From NCBI RefSeq assembly GCF_001194135.2, contig NC_069005.1, positions 31,103,257 through 31,167,256 on the forward strand: a DNA stretch of 64,000 nucleotides, in the 5' to 3' direction. The position numbers and the translations under genes were made by a program. The stretch is from Octopus bimaculoides (Eukaryota). The stretch's first letter is position 1, and each line of letters starts with the position of its first letter. Of this stretch, positions 1 to 11,902 are shown one piece after another. The notes under the pieces were generated by a model. It did not search any database, had not been told where the DNA came from, and was given only the letters and a program-made list of their open reading frames with translations.

Positions 1-3
1 AAC

Positions 4-213
4 TTCTTATTTCTTTATGGCCCACAAGGGGCTAAACATAGAGGGGACAAACAAGGACAGACAAAGGGATTAAGTCGATTACATCGACCCCCCCTCTCCC
101 AGTGCGTAACTGGTACTTAATTTATCGACCCTAAAAGGATGAAAGGCAAAGTCAACCTCGGTGAAATTTGAACTCAGAACGTAACAGCAGACGAAATACT
201 GCTAAGCATTTCG
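4..213 (-). mobile_element. tRNA-derived SINE, family A (Deu/Nin-like central domain), tail type 1
   Basis: Reverse complement of the family seen intact at 6559-6792: B box GAGTTCAAATT, central GTTGACTTTGCCTTTCATCCTTT..GGTCGATAAATTAAGTACCAG, and the same tail. The extreme 5' head is missing. Confidence 0.75.
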
Positions 214-2640
214 ACTTCTTACCACACAGCATCTTTTATCTTTTGCTTGTTTCAGTCATTANNNNNNNNNNNNNNNNNNNNNNNNNNNNNNNNNNNNNNN
301 NNNNNNNNNNNNNNNNNNNNNNNNNNNNNNNNNNNNNNNNNNNNNNNNNNNNNNNNNNNNNNNNNNNNNNNNNNNNNNNNNNNNNNNNNNNNNNNNNNNN
401 NNNNNNNNNNNNNNNNNNNNNNNNNNNNNNNNNNNNNNNNNNNNNNNNNNNNNNNNNNNNNNNNNNNNNNNNNNNNNNNNNNNNNNNNNNNNNNNNNNNN
501 NNNNNNNNNNNNNNNNNNNNNNNNNNNNNNNNNNNNNNNNNNNNNNNNNNNNNNNNNNNNNNNNNNNNNNNNNNNNNNNNNNNNNNNNNNNNNNNNNNNN
601 NNNNNNNNNNNNNNNNNNNNNNNNNNNNNNNNNNNNNNNNNNNNNNNNNNNNNNNNNNNNNNNNNNNNNNNNNNNNNNNNNNNNNNNNNNNNNNNNNNNN
701 NNNNNNNNNNNNNNNNNNNNNNNNNNNNNNNNNNNNNNCATAGTAGTAAGTATATCTATCAACCCTATCTCTTTTAATGCCATCTTTCCATGCTTCTATT
801 TAAACTACGTTTGCGTCCTCTTTTTTTTCTTTTCTCCTAAATTGGTTACGGACTTTTTTTAAATTCATTTTCTGGGGTTTTTTCGGTTCTGTTTCTGATC
901 ATGTCTAAGTGGTGCTCTATTTTACATACACACGTATCTATTGGGATTGAACTCAGCACAAAAAAAAAAAACCAAAAGAAAACCCCACATGTGCTACTCC
1001 ACCTTCTTGCATGTAACATCAGAGTTCGTTTTATTACTTTATTGCTTGCTCTTGGATATTTTACCTTGAATATGTTGTAGTGATCATTTTCCATTGCTTT
1101 CAACTGACTTCAAATATATTAGCTTCTTTAAATACAGTCACATTTTCTTTCTTTTTTTTCGTCTTTTCATTTCTTGCATTCCCCCACCCCCCACCCCACA
1201 ATCTACTATTTTCAAAACATCAATGCTGGGTTTCCTGATTGAGTTTTTGGCACTATTTCGAACACTTTCCTCCCTTTCTAAATGCAGTCTCTAATGTAGT
1301 TCAGTTTCCAAAATGGAATTCTCATGTCTTTGTAGTTTTTGTCACTTCCATTTTTCACCCTGCATTTTCTCATATTCAGCCCTTTTTTTTTCACCCCCTC
1401 TTGAGTCCTATTCCTCAGGTGATCACTGCACTAGGTCACCTTTCNNNNNNNNNNNNNNNNNNNNNNNNNNNNNNNNNNNNNNNNNNNNNNNNNNNNNNNN
1501 NNNNNNNNNNNNNNNNNNNNNNNNNNNNNNNNNNNNNNNNNNNNNNNNNNNNNNNNNNNNNNNNNNNNNNNNNNNNNNNNNNNNNNNNNNNNNNNNNNNN
1601 NNNNNNNNNNNNNNNNNNNNNNNNNNNNNNNNNNNNNNNNNNNNNNNNNNNNNNNNNNNNNNNNNNNNNNNNNNNNNNNNNNNNNNNNNNNNNNNNNNNN
1701 NNNNNNNNNNNNNNNNNNNNNNNNNNNNNNNNNNNNNNNNNNNNNNNNNNNNNNNNNNNNNNNNNNNNNNNNNNNNNNNNNNNNNNNNNNNNNNNNNNNN
1801 NNNNNNNNNNNNNNNNNNNNNNNNNNNNNNNNNNNNNNNNNNNNNNNNNNNNNNNNNNNNNNNNNNNNNNNNNNNNNNNNNNNNNNNNNNNNNNNNNNNN
1901 NNNNNNNNNNNNNNNNNNNNNNNNNNNNNNNNNNNNNNNNNNNNNNNNNNNNNNNNNNNNNNNNNNNNNNNNNNNNNNNNNNNNNNNNNNNNNNNNNNNN
2001 NNNNNNNNNNNNNNNNNNNNNNNNNNNNNNNNNNNNNNNNNNNNNNNNNNNNNNNNNNNNNNNNNNNNNNNNNNNNNNNNNNNNNNNNNNNNNNNNNNNN
2101 NNNNNNNNNNNNNNNNNNNNNNNNNNNNNNNNNNNNNNNNNNNNNNNNNNNNNNNNNNNNNNNNNNNNNNNNNNNNNNNNNNNNNNNNNNNNNNNNNNNN
2201 NNNNNNNNNNNNNNNNNNNNNNNNNNNNNNNNNNNNNNNNNNNNNNNNNNNNNNNNNNNNNNNNNNNNNNNNNNNNNNNNNNNNNNNNNNNNNNNNNNNN
2301 NNNNNNNNNNNNNNNNNNNNNNNNNNNNNNNNNNNNNNNNNNNNNNNNNNNNNNNNNNNNNNNNNNNNNNNNNNNNNNNNNNNNNNNNNNNAAAAAAAAA
2401 AAGAGAAAATAATAAAATGTAAAAAAAAATAGATGTGTTTACCCCCACCCCTCATGATGAAGTCAATGGGTTGAGGTCAGTTAGTTTTGGACACTTATGA
2501 GACACTTCAATCACTTGGATAATGGAGCCAATGAAGGAGACCCTAAGTAACCTAGCGTCTCCCTTGTGTTAAAAACTACTGCCTTAAAAAAGGGACACAT
2601 TGGAGTAGTTACTCCTCCTTCTCTTCTCCTCCCCCTTCTG

Positions 2641-2693
<53 letters not shown>

Positions 2694-3750
2694 CACCTTC
2701 AAAAGACATGATGCTAAGGTTTTTTGTCTGAGAGACAATCTCTTCAGAGACATACTGTGTTAAAGACTTGATACATATAATCAGAGCACAATGAACATTG
2801 CCATGGCAGTGACCCAGAAGAATACTGGGTGCATTTCCACCTACTTGGTCACCTCATCTTATTAAATTTATACTCATCCATCCATCCATCCATCCATCCA
2901 TCCACATGCAATAGGCTTCTTTCAGTTTCTGCCTACCAAATGCACTCACATGACTTTGTTTGGCTCAGGGCTGTAATAGAAAACACTTGCTTAGGTTTTG
3001 CATGATATGTCCTTTGTTGGCTAGTATTGACTGTCTAGGATTTCTTTTCCACAAATATTACTGTGCTATTTATCTTGGTTTAGCTATATCTCCAATCTCC
3101 TTCATTAAACTGAATAGACAAGCCTAATCTTTGGATTCTTATATGTCCTATCATATATCTTTCACCTTGTTACCTGTTTAAAACGAATGAAAAAAAAAAT
3201 CACCACCATCATCATCATTTTTACTACTACTACTACTACTACTACTACCAGTTTATTGAATGGAGTTAGGTGTGTCTGTATATTTTTTATGAGTTTCACT
3301 GAAATTGCACTGAGTTGGCAGGTATCCAACAACGATTTGTTGTGTCTGATGGGAGAAAGTGTGTTGCACTCGTTCCCTGTCACTCGAACAGATTTCTATG
3401 GTTGCTCTTGATTTTTTTTCTTCTGTGAAGTACTTTTACGTGAGTGACCTCAGCAATTAGGCTGTCTATGATAGGGGTCTAGACAACAGGGCTGCCGCAG
3501 TGGATTTGGGGATATCCGAAAGTGTTAGAAATACAGGCTGGGGCAAAAATCACAAAGGGGTTTCGATATTTATAACTCATTTTATTTTTTTTTTTTGCTT
3601 TCGTTTTAAACTTACAGTACCATAGCATCATATTCGCTATCTCACCAACAGCATTTAATGTCCATTTTTCCTGTGATGCTTTTTTACAGCCATCACATGA
3701 TGTCAAGGCAAGCATACACATAAACATGCACACACACACACCTCTCTCTC

Positions 3751-3782
<32 letters not shown>

Positions 3783-3783
3783 G

Positions 3784-3827
<44 letters not shown>

Positions 3828-3860
3828 ATATGTATATATATGTATGAGTATATATATGTA

Positions 3861-3895
<35 letters not shown>

Positions 3896-3896
3896 G

Positions 3897-3952
<56 letters not shown>

Positions 3953-3974
3953 CTTATGTATATATGTATATGTA

Positions 3975-4005
<31 letters not shown>

Positions 4006-5491
4006 GTGTGTAAAGTGGTTGTTGCAAGGAAAGATAGCCAATCACAGAAACCTTGCTGAAGGAAACACTGGAGACCAACAGAGCCATCAGGTTAGTTGGA
4101 TCTTGCCAGACCTTCCAACTCTGCCAAACAGAGATGTTAAAGAATGAAGAGGATGATGATGATGATGATGTCATCATTGTATCTCTTCTCCTGACGACTT
4201 TGATGTAATTTGGAGTTACAAATTAGAAAATGCATTGAAAACAGTAAAACCTTAAAAATATTTAGAAGAAAAAGAAAAAAAAGACAAGAAAAAGAAAAGA
4301 AACTCATGAACGAAAGAAAAGAAATATGTTTATATTGAAAAATTTGACGTTTGTAGCTGTAGCTGGTCGGTTGGAGGAAATGGTTTGACAAAAGATTTCT
4401 TGCTTGAATATTCATAAGGAATCTTTTAATGTGGAAAAGTAATTATTCTCCATGGTAATTTGAGTTGTTGTCTACTTAATGGTATTACGCTGTGACGTTA
4501 GTGGAAGCTGAAAGATGATGTAAGTTTAATGAATTTATCACGAGAAAAAAAAACCAAATAAATAAAGAGGAATGAATGAAATATATAAACATACAAATGA
4601 ATAAATAAAAATAATTGTGGTTTAAGAATTCTAGAAGTACTACATTTCAATGTAAATGATGATGACAATTGCAAAGCTTAGAAATATATCAACAAGAAAA
4701 TTGGATTATTATTTATTATGTTACGTTGTATATATATATTTTTTTCTGTTTTCTTAAACTATTAAACAACCATTGCAAATACATTTTGGAAGCTAATATT
4801 TTCTTGGAGTATTTTCTGCAAGTGTTGTTGTTGTTGTTGTTTCTTGCCCAGTACATTCCTGATCAATAGACATAGGAATGGCAGACCCTTTATCAATGCG
4901 GTTCCAGCTTTAACTAACCATTTTCAATTAATTAATTAATCTTTCATGCAAACATATCATCTGTCTAGAACTACACAGTGTCCAAACTATGCTAATATGC
5001 CCTTCTTTTTAAACACGGTACAGTGCAACTTCAGAGAGATTGGTTGCTATTTTTAGCTCGTCACATGACTAGGTACTTCCTCTATGTACTTGCGAAACAT
5101 ACAGTTGTTTAAGTTTCCTTTCTCGGTCAGAGAGTCTGTAGTAAGACTTTGTGGTTTTTCATTTTCTTGCTATTATTTCATTATTTATCTCTATTTTTCT
5201 TTTTCCTCTCCATAAATTTCTATTGTTTCTTTGATTTCACATCAAGCAATTATTTCTTCCGTTTTAACTCTTGTAAATCAGTCTGGTTTTCTAAAACTTT
5301 TATCTATTGAAAGCAGAGCCAATATAATTTAGAAGCTTTCATCTTTCCTTCAATAACCTCATTCCTCATTTCTGTTACGGCTTTTAATCAGCTTTTATTC
5401 CTCCGTTCAGTTAAAGTCTTCACCAATTTGGTCGATCTCTTTACACAGACTTTTCAATCTACACCAAGCATGATCACACTGCAGTTTTCAA

Positions 5492-5881
5492 TACTCTCTT
5501 TACTTTCTACTCTTTCACTTGTTTCAGTCATTTGACTGCGGCCATGCTGGAGCACCGCCTTTAGTCGAACATATCAACCCCATGACTTATTCTTTGTAAG
5601 CCTAGTACTTATTCTATCGGTCTCTTTTGCTGAACCGCTAAGTTACAGGGATGTAAACACACCAGCATCGGTTGTCAAGCGATGGTGGGGGACAAACACA
5701 GACACAAACATATACACACATACATATATATACATATATACGACAAGCTTCTTTCAGTTTCCGTCTACCAAATCCGAGGCTATAGTAGAAGACACTTGCC
5801 CAAGGTGCCACGCAGTGGGACTGAACCTGGAACCATGTGGTTGGTAAGCAGGCTACTTACCACACAGCCACTCCTGTGCCT
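5492..5881 (-). mobile_element. tRNA-derived CORE-type SINE, family B (octopus OR-like)
   Basis: On the minus strand: head GGAGTGGCTGTGTGGTAAG..GGTTCAGTCCC, CORE-like GCACCTTGGGCAAGTGTCTT, internal (CA/TA)n, and a GAGTA-type repeat tail. More than 10 related copies occur in the window. Confidence 0.8.
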
Positions 5882-5907
5882 ATGTGTATTTTTTTTTTGG
5901 TTATAAC

Positions 5908-6385
5908 TTAAATGCTTTTGCTGCCACCCCACTTGAGACTGTTCTGCTCTTGGTTCTGTGATACAAACTTTGTCTCAAAGTGATTTAAATTAAAATCCAA
6001 ACCTTCCATCAAAATTTCGTGTTAAATTATCTTCCAAACACCAGATTAATAATTGATACAGATATTTTACTAAAACAGTCGCTATCTTTCAAAATTGATT
6101 GAAACAAATACAATGTATTTCAACAGAAATATGATAAGAAAAGGTTTCACACTTTTGATAGCATTCTGTCCAAGACTACTCTCGGTGCTGTGGCACAAAC
6201 TTCCGGTTTTAAAGTGATCTAAATTAGTATCAAAACTGCCCATTAAAATTTCATGTTAATTTATATTCTAAAAACCAGCTTCGTAATTGTCAATGTTATA
6301 TTACTAAATTCCTCATTATTTTCAAAATTAATTGACAACTGGAGCAGTGGATTTCAACAGGAGTATAGTAACAAAAGGATTAGTT
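5908..6385. mobile_element. Two tandem decayed copies of an AT-rich MITE (family F, probable piggyBac-like TTAA ends)
   Basis: 5908-6148 and about 6150-6385 are similar to each other and to 28210-28431 (shared AAAATTTCRTGTTAA, TATTTTACTAAA, TTTCAACAG..ATATRGTAAC motifs). Termini are degenerate. Confidence 0.5.
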
Positions 6386-6558
6386 GATTCACTAATGAAT
6401 GTACTGTATGCATTCATTTAGCTATTTGCACTCGGATGTGCACGTATGCATGTGTGCATGCATACGTGCAGTGTGTTCTGTATTTGTTTACTTTTGTGCT
6501 TCACTGAAAATCGGGAGCTCCTCTGGGAAAACGCATGAAAGTCACAGAATCACATTCA

Positions 6559-6792
6559 AGGCGGCGAGCTGGCAGAATCATTACCACGCTGGACGAAATG
6601 TTTAGCAGTATTCCGTCTGCCGCTACGTTCTGAGTTCAAATTCCGCCGCGGTCGACTTTGCCTTTCATCCCTTTCAGGGTCGATTAAATAAGTACCAGTT
6701 ACGCACTGGGGGTCGATATAATCGACTTAATTACTTTGTCTGTCCTTGTCTGTCCCCTCTGTGTGTAGCCCCTTGTGGGCAGTAAAGAAATA
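6559..6792 (+). mobile_element. Full-length family A SINE with 13-bp target-site duplication
   Basis: A box-like TGGCAGAATC, B box GAGTTCAAATTCC, Deu/Nin-like GGTCGACTTTGCCTTTCATCC. AGAATCACATTCA flanks both sides exactly (6546-6558 and 6793-6805). Confidence 0.9.
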
Positions 6793-8334
6793 AGAATCAC
6801 ATTCAGTTTACTGAAGTCAAATAAAAGCCAGCGAGACAATCAGATTGATTGATTTAATTAACTGTGTTTACAAACTCTTACAAACGTTCTGCATCATTAG
6901 AACCTACTTTTCTTTATAGTATTTGTGAAAACTAAGTGGAGTTACCCCCTCCCCCATCACTTGTTTTTCATCTTGTAAATCCTACATCAGGTCATAATTT
7001 CATTACATTAGGAAGTGTCAACTTTTTTTTTTTTTTTTGGTGAATCTAATGATGAGGATTTTGTTGTACTTTGAGATGGTCATTATGCCATTAATAAAAG
7101 CACACACTGGTTTTATTTAACTTCTTTATCGTTATTAGTCAATTAACTAAGCATTTAAGCAATTAACTAATTGATTGTTTGATTTATCATTCTTCAGCCA
7201 ATCAAACAATCAACTGGGTTTGTCAAAGACCTGTCCTCACCATCCACGACCTTATCAATGACATGCCCTTTCTACTCCCAATTAATCAAACGACCAATTA
7301 GTTAATTGGTTAAATGTCAATGAAATTACTAATAATGATAAAAGAAGTGAAACAGAACCAGTGTGCATTTTATTGGCGCAATGATCATTCTGAAAGACAT
7401 CAAATTTTTGTTTCAACACACAAGTTCTCATCAAGAATTTTGCAAACTGAAAACGAGCAAAATAAAAATGAGGAGCTTGCAATAAGTAAATAAATAAAAT
7501 AATTAAATGATAAAAATTTTCTAATGAGAAAAGCATGAATATCACACCATCAAATTCACTTCAAGAAATTTTCTGGCAAAAAAAAAAAGTCTTTTTTTTT
7601 TAATATTTTTGAAGTTGAATATAAATCAATATTGATGTTTCTTTTGAAGAAATAGAAAATAAAACTTTAAGAATACATTTTTGATTTTGCATTGAAGAAT
7701 TTTTATCTTTAGATTTTTTTCTCCTTTTTTTTTATCTGTTCTACATTATTTATTTATTTATTTATTAGAATAATTTTATTTATTTATTTATTTTTTTTTT
7801 GGAAAGGAAACAAAAACTAAAAGAATGTCGTCGAGGTTTTCCTGATGCTACTAGATCTACTTTGGAAATTGGTTCATTCTATTTTTAACCTTTCTTGGAA
7901 GAATTAGGTTTAAATTTTTTTTTTTTTTTAAAAAGATTAGGTTGGGGTTGGAGGTGAAAGAAAAAAAGATTAGGTTGGGGTTGGGGTGAACGAAAAAAAA
8001 AAGAATTACATGGAAAATTCTTTGAGCTTTGTGGTTGTGGTGGTGCAGTATGATAAAAGAAAAAAAGGTTTTTGTACAAAAGAAGTGTATGGAAATACAG
8101 GTCAACCAGTACAGATCTTGGAAAACAAATACAACAAAAAGAAAAATGTTTGTCTCAATGGAGTTTATTTAATGAGAACTGATCAAATGATTAGATGATA
8201 TCTCGTATATCACTATACACTTGTTCGTTTGTTTTACATTTATTTGGTTACCTTCATACTGGCATGGTATATGTGTATATCTGTTTGTGCACATGTATAT
8301 ATAAATATTTATTATTATAATAATAATTTTTTTT

Positions 8335-8650
8335 TGTCTTGCAAGTACTTGGTGGCTCTGTCAGTGCAGGTGCCACTTAAAAGCAACCAGTCCACATTGT
8401 AAAGTGGTTGGTGTTAGGAAGGGCATCCAGCTGTAAAAAACCTTGCCAGAACTGACCTCGCCTGTGCTTGTGCCACGTAAACAGCACTAAGTCCACTCTG
8501 ATGAGTGGTTGGTGTCAGGAAGGGCATCCAGCTGTAAAAATCCTGCCAAAACAGTTAGTGAAGTCTGGTGCAGACTTCTGCCTTGCCAGCTCTTGTCAAA
8601 CCATCCCACCCATACCAGCATGGAAGGTGGATGTTAAACGATGAAGATGA
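8335..8650 (+). mobile_element. RTE-LINE 3'-end-like repeat (family C), internally duplicated
   Basis: GTGGTTGGTGTYAGGAAGGGCATCCAGCTGTAAAAA occurs twice, then CCAGCATGGAAGGTGGATGTTAAACGATG. The same motif recurs at 24770, 27720, 36500, 42840 and 57310. The RTE-tail assignment is from recall. Confidence 0.6.
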
Positions 8651-8659
8651 TTGTTATTA

Positions 8660-8973
8660 AGACTGACACTGTTGGTTATAACAATGAGTGTTCCAGTCAT
8701 TCTCGTCAAGAGAACAGCCTGCTTGTGAAATTGACATGCAAGTGGTTGAGCGCTCCTCAGACACATGTACCCTTAACATCGTTCCACGGGACGATTCAGT
8801 GTGATACGATATGTGACAAAGTTGGGCCCTTTGAAATACAGGTACAACTCATTTTTGCCCATTGAGTATACTAGAACAATGAGGTGTAAAGTGTCTTGCT
8901 CAATAAGCACAATGCACTGCCGGGAATCAAGCTCCTGGTCTTATGACTGTGAGTCGAATATCCTAACCACTGA
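8660..8973 (-). mobile_element. CORE-type SINE, family D
   Basis: Minus strand has a tRNA-like head GTGGTTAGGATATTCGACTC..TTGATTCCC, CORE-like GAGCAAGACACTTTA, and a tail shared with 25816-26060. Confidence 0.65.
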
Positions 8974-9005
<32 letters not shown>

Positions 9006-9274
9006 TCCTTTGAATGTTCATGTTCCATGCCAGCGTGAGTCAGACGGTTTGACAGGACTACATCATGCTCCAGTGTCTGCCTTGGCATCAATTCTATTGC
9101 TAGTTGGTATCTGCCTCAGAGCTTGTATGCGGTGCTTCTTTCCAGCCACCAGCACTAGTGAGGCTGCTATGCAGCTTTGGAAAACTATGTCCCCTGAGGG
9201 CTGTGTTGATTTTTGCTAGGCCAATGAAAGGTTAAAATATGAGAGAAGTGCCAGAGTAGACGAGTTTTCTTGCT

Positions 9275-9305
<31 letters not shown>

Positions 9306-9588
9306 GCACAATCATCACGGTTGTTTTAACATCTACTTTTCTATGCTTGCATGAGTCAGACAAAATTTGTGGAGATAAATTTCCTGTGACCAGATACTCT
9401 TCCTGTTGCCAGTTGTCACTTGTTTCCAAGTAATCTAATGTCTCACATTGTACTTTGATCGCAAACAGTGTCATGGCTCAACAGGTTTTCACACCCAGAC
9501 ACATTAAATGGATGATTTACATTTAGCACATAATGTCAAGACAAGTAGCTATGAGAGCACACAAACGCTCACTGCACCCCTTCCCTGG

Positions 9589-9628
<40 letters not shown>

Positions 9629-9764
9629 CTATATATATATGACACACATCCAGGGTCAGTTGATGAAGTACCAGTCAAATACTGGGGGTCATCTCTCTCT
9701 CTCATTTGTTGTCTCACCTTCCATTTTTCCCACCAAAGAAATTGGTTGTGCTTAAACCTGAGCT

Positions 9765-9986
9765 ATACTCTCTTTTTACTCTCTTTTACTCTTTTCAGTC
9801 ATTTGACTGTGGCTATGCTGGAGCATCGCCTTTAGTCGAGCAAATCGACCCCAGGACTTATTCTTTGCAAGCCTAGTACTTATTCTATCGGTCTCTTTTT
9901 GCCGAACCGCTAAGTTACGGGGACATAAACACACCAGCATCGGTTGTCAAGCGATGTTGGGGGGGGGGACAAACACAGACACACAA

Positions 9987-10021
<35 letters not shown>

Positions 10022-10118
10022 NNNNNNNNNNTGCCGAACCGCTAAGTTACGGGGACATAAACACACCAGCATCGGTTGTCAAGCGATGTTGGGGGGGGGG
10101 ACAAACACAGACACACAA

Positions 10119-10161
<43 letters not shown>

Positions 10162-10340
10162 TATATATATACATATATACGACGAGCTTCTTTCAGTTTC
10201 CGTCTACCAAATCCACTCACAAGGCTTTGGTCGGCCCGAGGCTATAGCAGAAGGCTCTTGCCCAAGGTGCCACGCAGTGGGACTGAACCCGGAACCATGT
10301 GGTTGGTAAGCAAGCTACTTACCACACAGCCACTCCTATG
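9765..10340 (-). mobile_element. Near full-length family B CORE-SINE (contains an assembly duplication across a 10-N gap)
   Basis: Complete head, CORE, (CA)n and tail. About 120 bp is repeated on either side of NNNNNNNNNN at 10022-10031. Confidence 0.85.
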
Positions 10341-11013
10341 CTGGGTTTTAAAACGTCCAAGACATGCCATGTGCTTCAGCCTGTGTTTCAATCAAGAGTC
10401 GACAGTGTTGCCAACGCAATGCTGTGTCGTGAATGATGGTAGTGAGGGGGTGGGGCGGTGGTGATGATAGTGACAGTGGTTGTGATGATGTTTATACACA
10501 CATACATACATACAGTATATGTACACAGACACACTTGCACAGGCACACACACACACACACACAGCTCAATAAACAGAATAAAAAGTGACAAAGTGGTCTT
10601 TTTCAAATTATTGGGTTTCTTTTAAATTCAGAAAGAAAGAAAGGGAGAGAGAGGGAGAAAGAGAGGGAGAGAGAGAGGAAGGTGGGGAGTTATCCTGCAC
10701 CCCTCCCCCCACTCAATAACATTCGTTTTCCGATTTATTGTACTTTTCTTTTTTAACCTAAAATTCCCGTCTTTGATGACGGTGATATAATTATTCCACC
10801 TGAAAGAGCAAGTGGAAATCTTGAAATTTTTTTCTATGTATCACATCCATCAATGTCAGTTTGTCGAGTTTTTTTTACGCATGCATGTGTGTGCACATGC
10901 ATAAACACATACCCACATGCACACACATACACATATACATACACACACATTTTCTCTTTCTCTTTGGGGGTTCTTGTGCTACTTTTATGCTTTGGACTAA
11001 ATTCCTTCACCAA

Positions 11014-11051
<38 letters not shown>

Positions 11052-11507
11052 AGAAAAACAAAGAAACAATAAAAGGAAAATGTAAATTAATATTGTGGTT
11101 GGTTGAGTTGATAAGGATTAGTGATGATGATGATGATGGTGGTGGTGATGAAGATAACTTGCCTCCATCTACCCCCCCCCCACACAATAATTGTTTTTGT
11201 TTTTGTTTTCTTTATTTGTTAAATTTCTAAATGATGACAATAATGATGATGATGACGAGGGTGACGATGATGGTGATTCCTAATGCTATGAGAACTAAAC
11301 CACCTTTGGTGCTCGCTGTTCTTTAACTAAAAGCAAAGGTGACAAGACAACTGTGAGCATTTTCTAATTAAGGACCCAGTCATATCCGCACTTCACCTGC
11401 TGTTAAGCTTATTAAGGCATTCCAATGAGGTTGTTTCCCCTTCTGACTCTTGATAATAATAATAATAATTATTATTATTATCATTTTTATTATTATTATT
11501 GTTAAAA

Positions 11508-11722
11508 AAGGCAGTGAGCTGGCATAGTCATTAGCACGCTGGACAAAATGCTTAGCGGTATTTTACCCGTCACTCCATTCTGAGTTCAAATTCCGCTGAG
11601 GTTGACTTGGCTTTTCACCCTTTTGGGGGTCGATAAAATATGTACCGGTTAAACTCTGGGATCGATATAATCGACTCATCCCCTCTCCTAAAATTGCTGC
11701 CCTTGTGGCAAAATTTGAAACC
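11508..11722 (+). mobile_element. Family A SINE, tail type 2
   Basis: AAGGCAGTGAGCTGGCA head, GAGTTCAAATTCC B box, Deu/Nin-like core, and tail AAAATTGCTGCCCTTGTGGCAAAATTTGAAACC followed by (ATT)n. Confidence 0.8.
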
Positions 11723-11739
11723 ATTATTATTATTAACAA

Positions 11740-11771
<32 letters not shown>

Positions 11772-11776
<5 letters not shown>

Positions 11777-11902
11777 AGGAGCAAGGCCTGAAATTTTGAG
11801 AGGAGGCAGTGGTCGATTATATGAGAACCCCAGCACTCAACTAATACTTGTTTTATTGACTCTAAAAGGATGAAAGGCAAAGTCAGTCTCAGTGGAATTT
11901 GA
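11772..11902 (-). mobile_element. 5'-truncated family A SINE, tail-to-tail with the previous copy
   Basis: Reverse-complement tail CAAGGCCTGAAATTTTG and core AAAGGATGAAAGGCAAAGTCA; truncated at the B box. Confidence 0.75.

Noticed and set aside
6439-6470. 13-bp perfect inverted repeat TGCACGTATGCAT
   Set aside because: It lies in an alternating purine-pyrimidine tract where such palindromes arise readily.
6559-6645. tRNA gene
   Set aside because: The A/B boxes belong to a SINE head; no cloverleaf can be built and it continues into the SINE body.
9900-10150. Apparent tandem duplication of about 120 bp inside a SINE
   Set aside because: The two identical copies flank a 10-N spacer and end in a microsatellite, typical of unmerged overlapping contigs.
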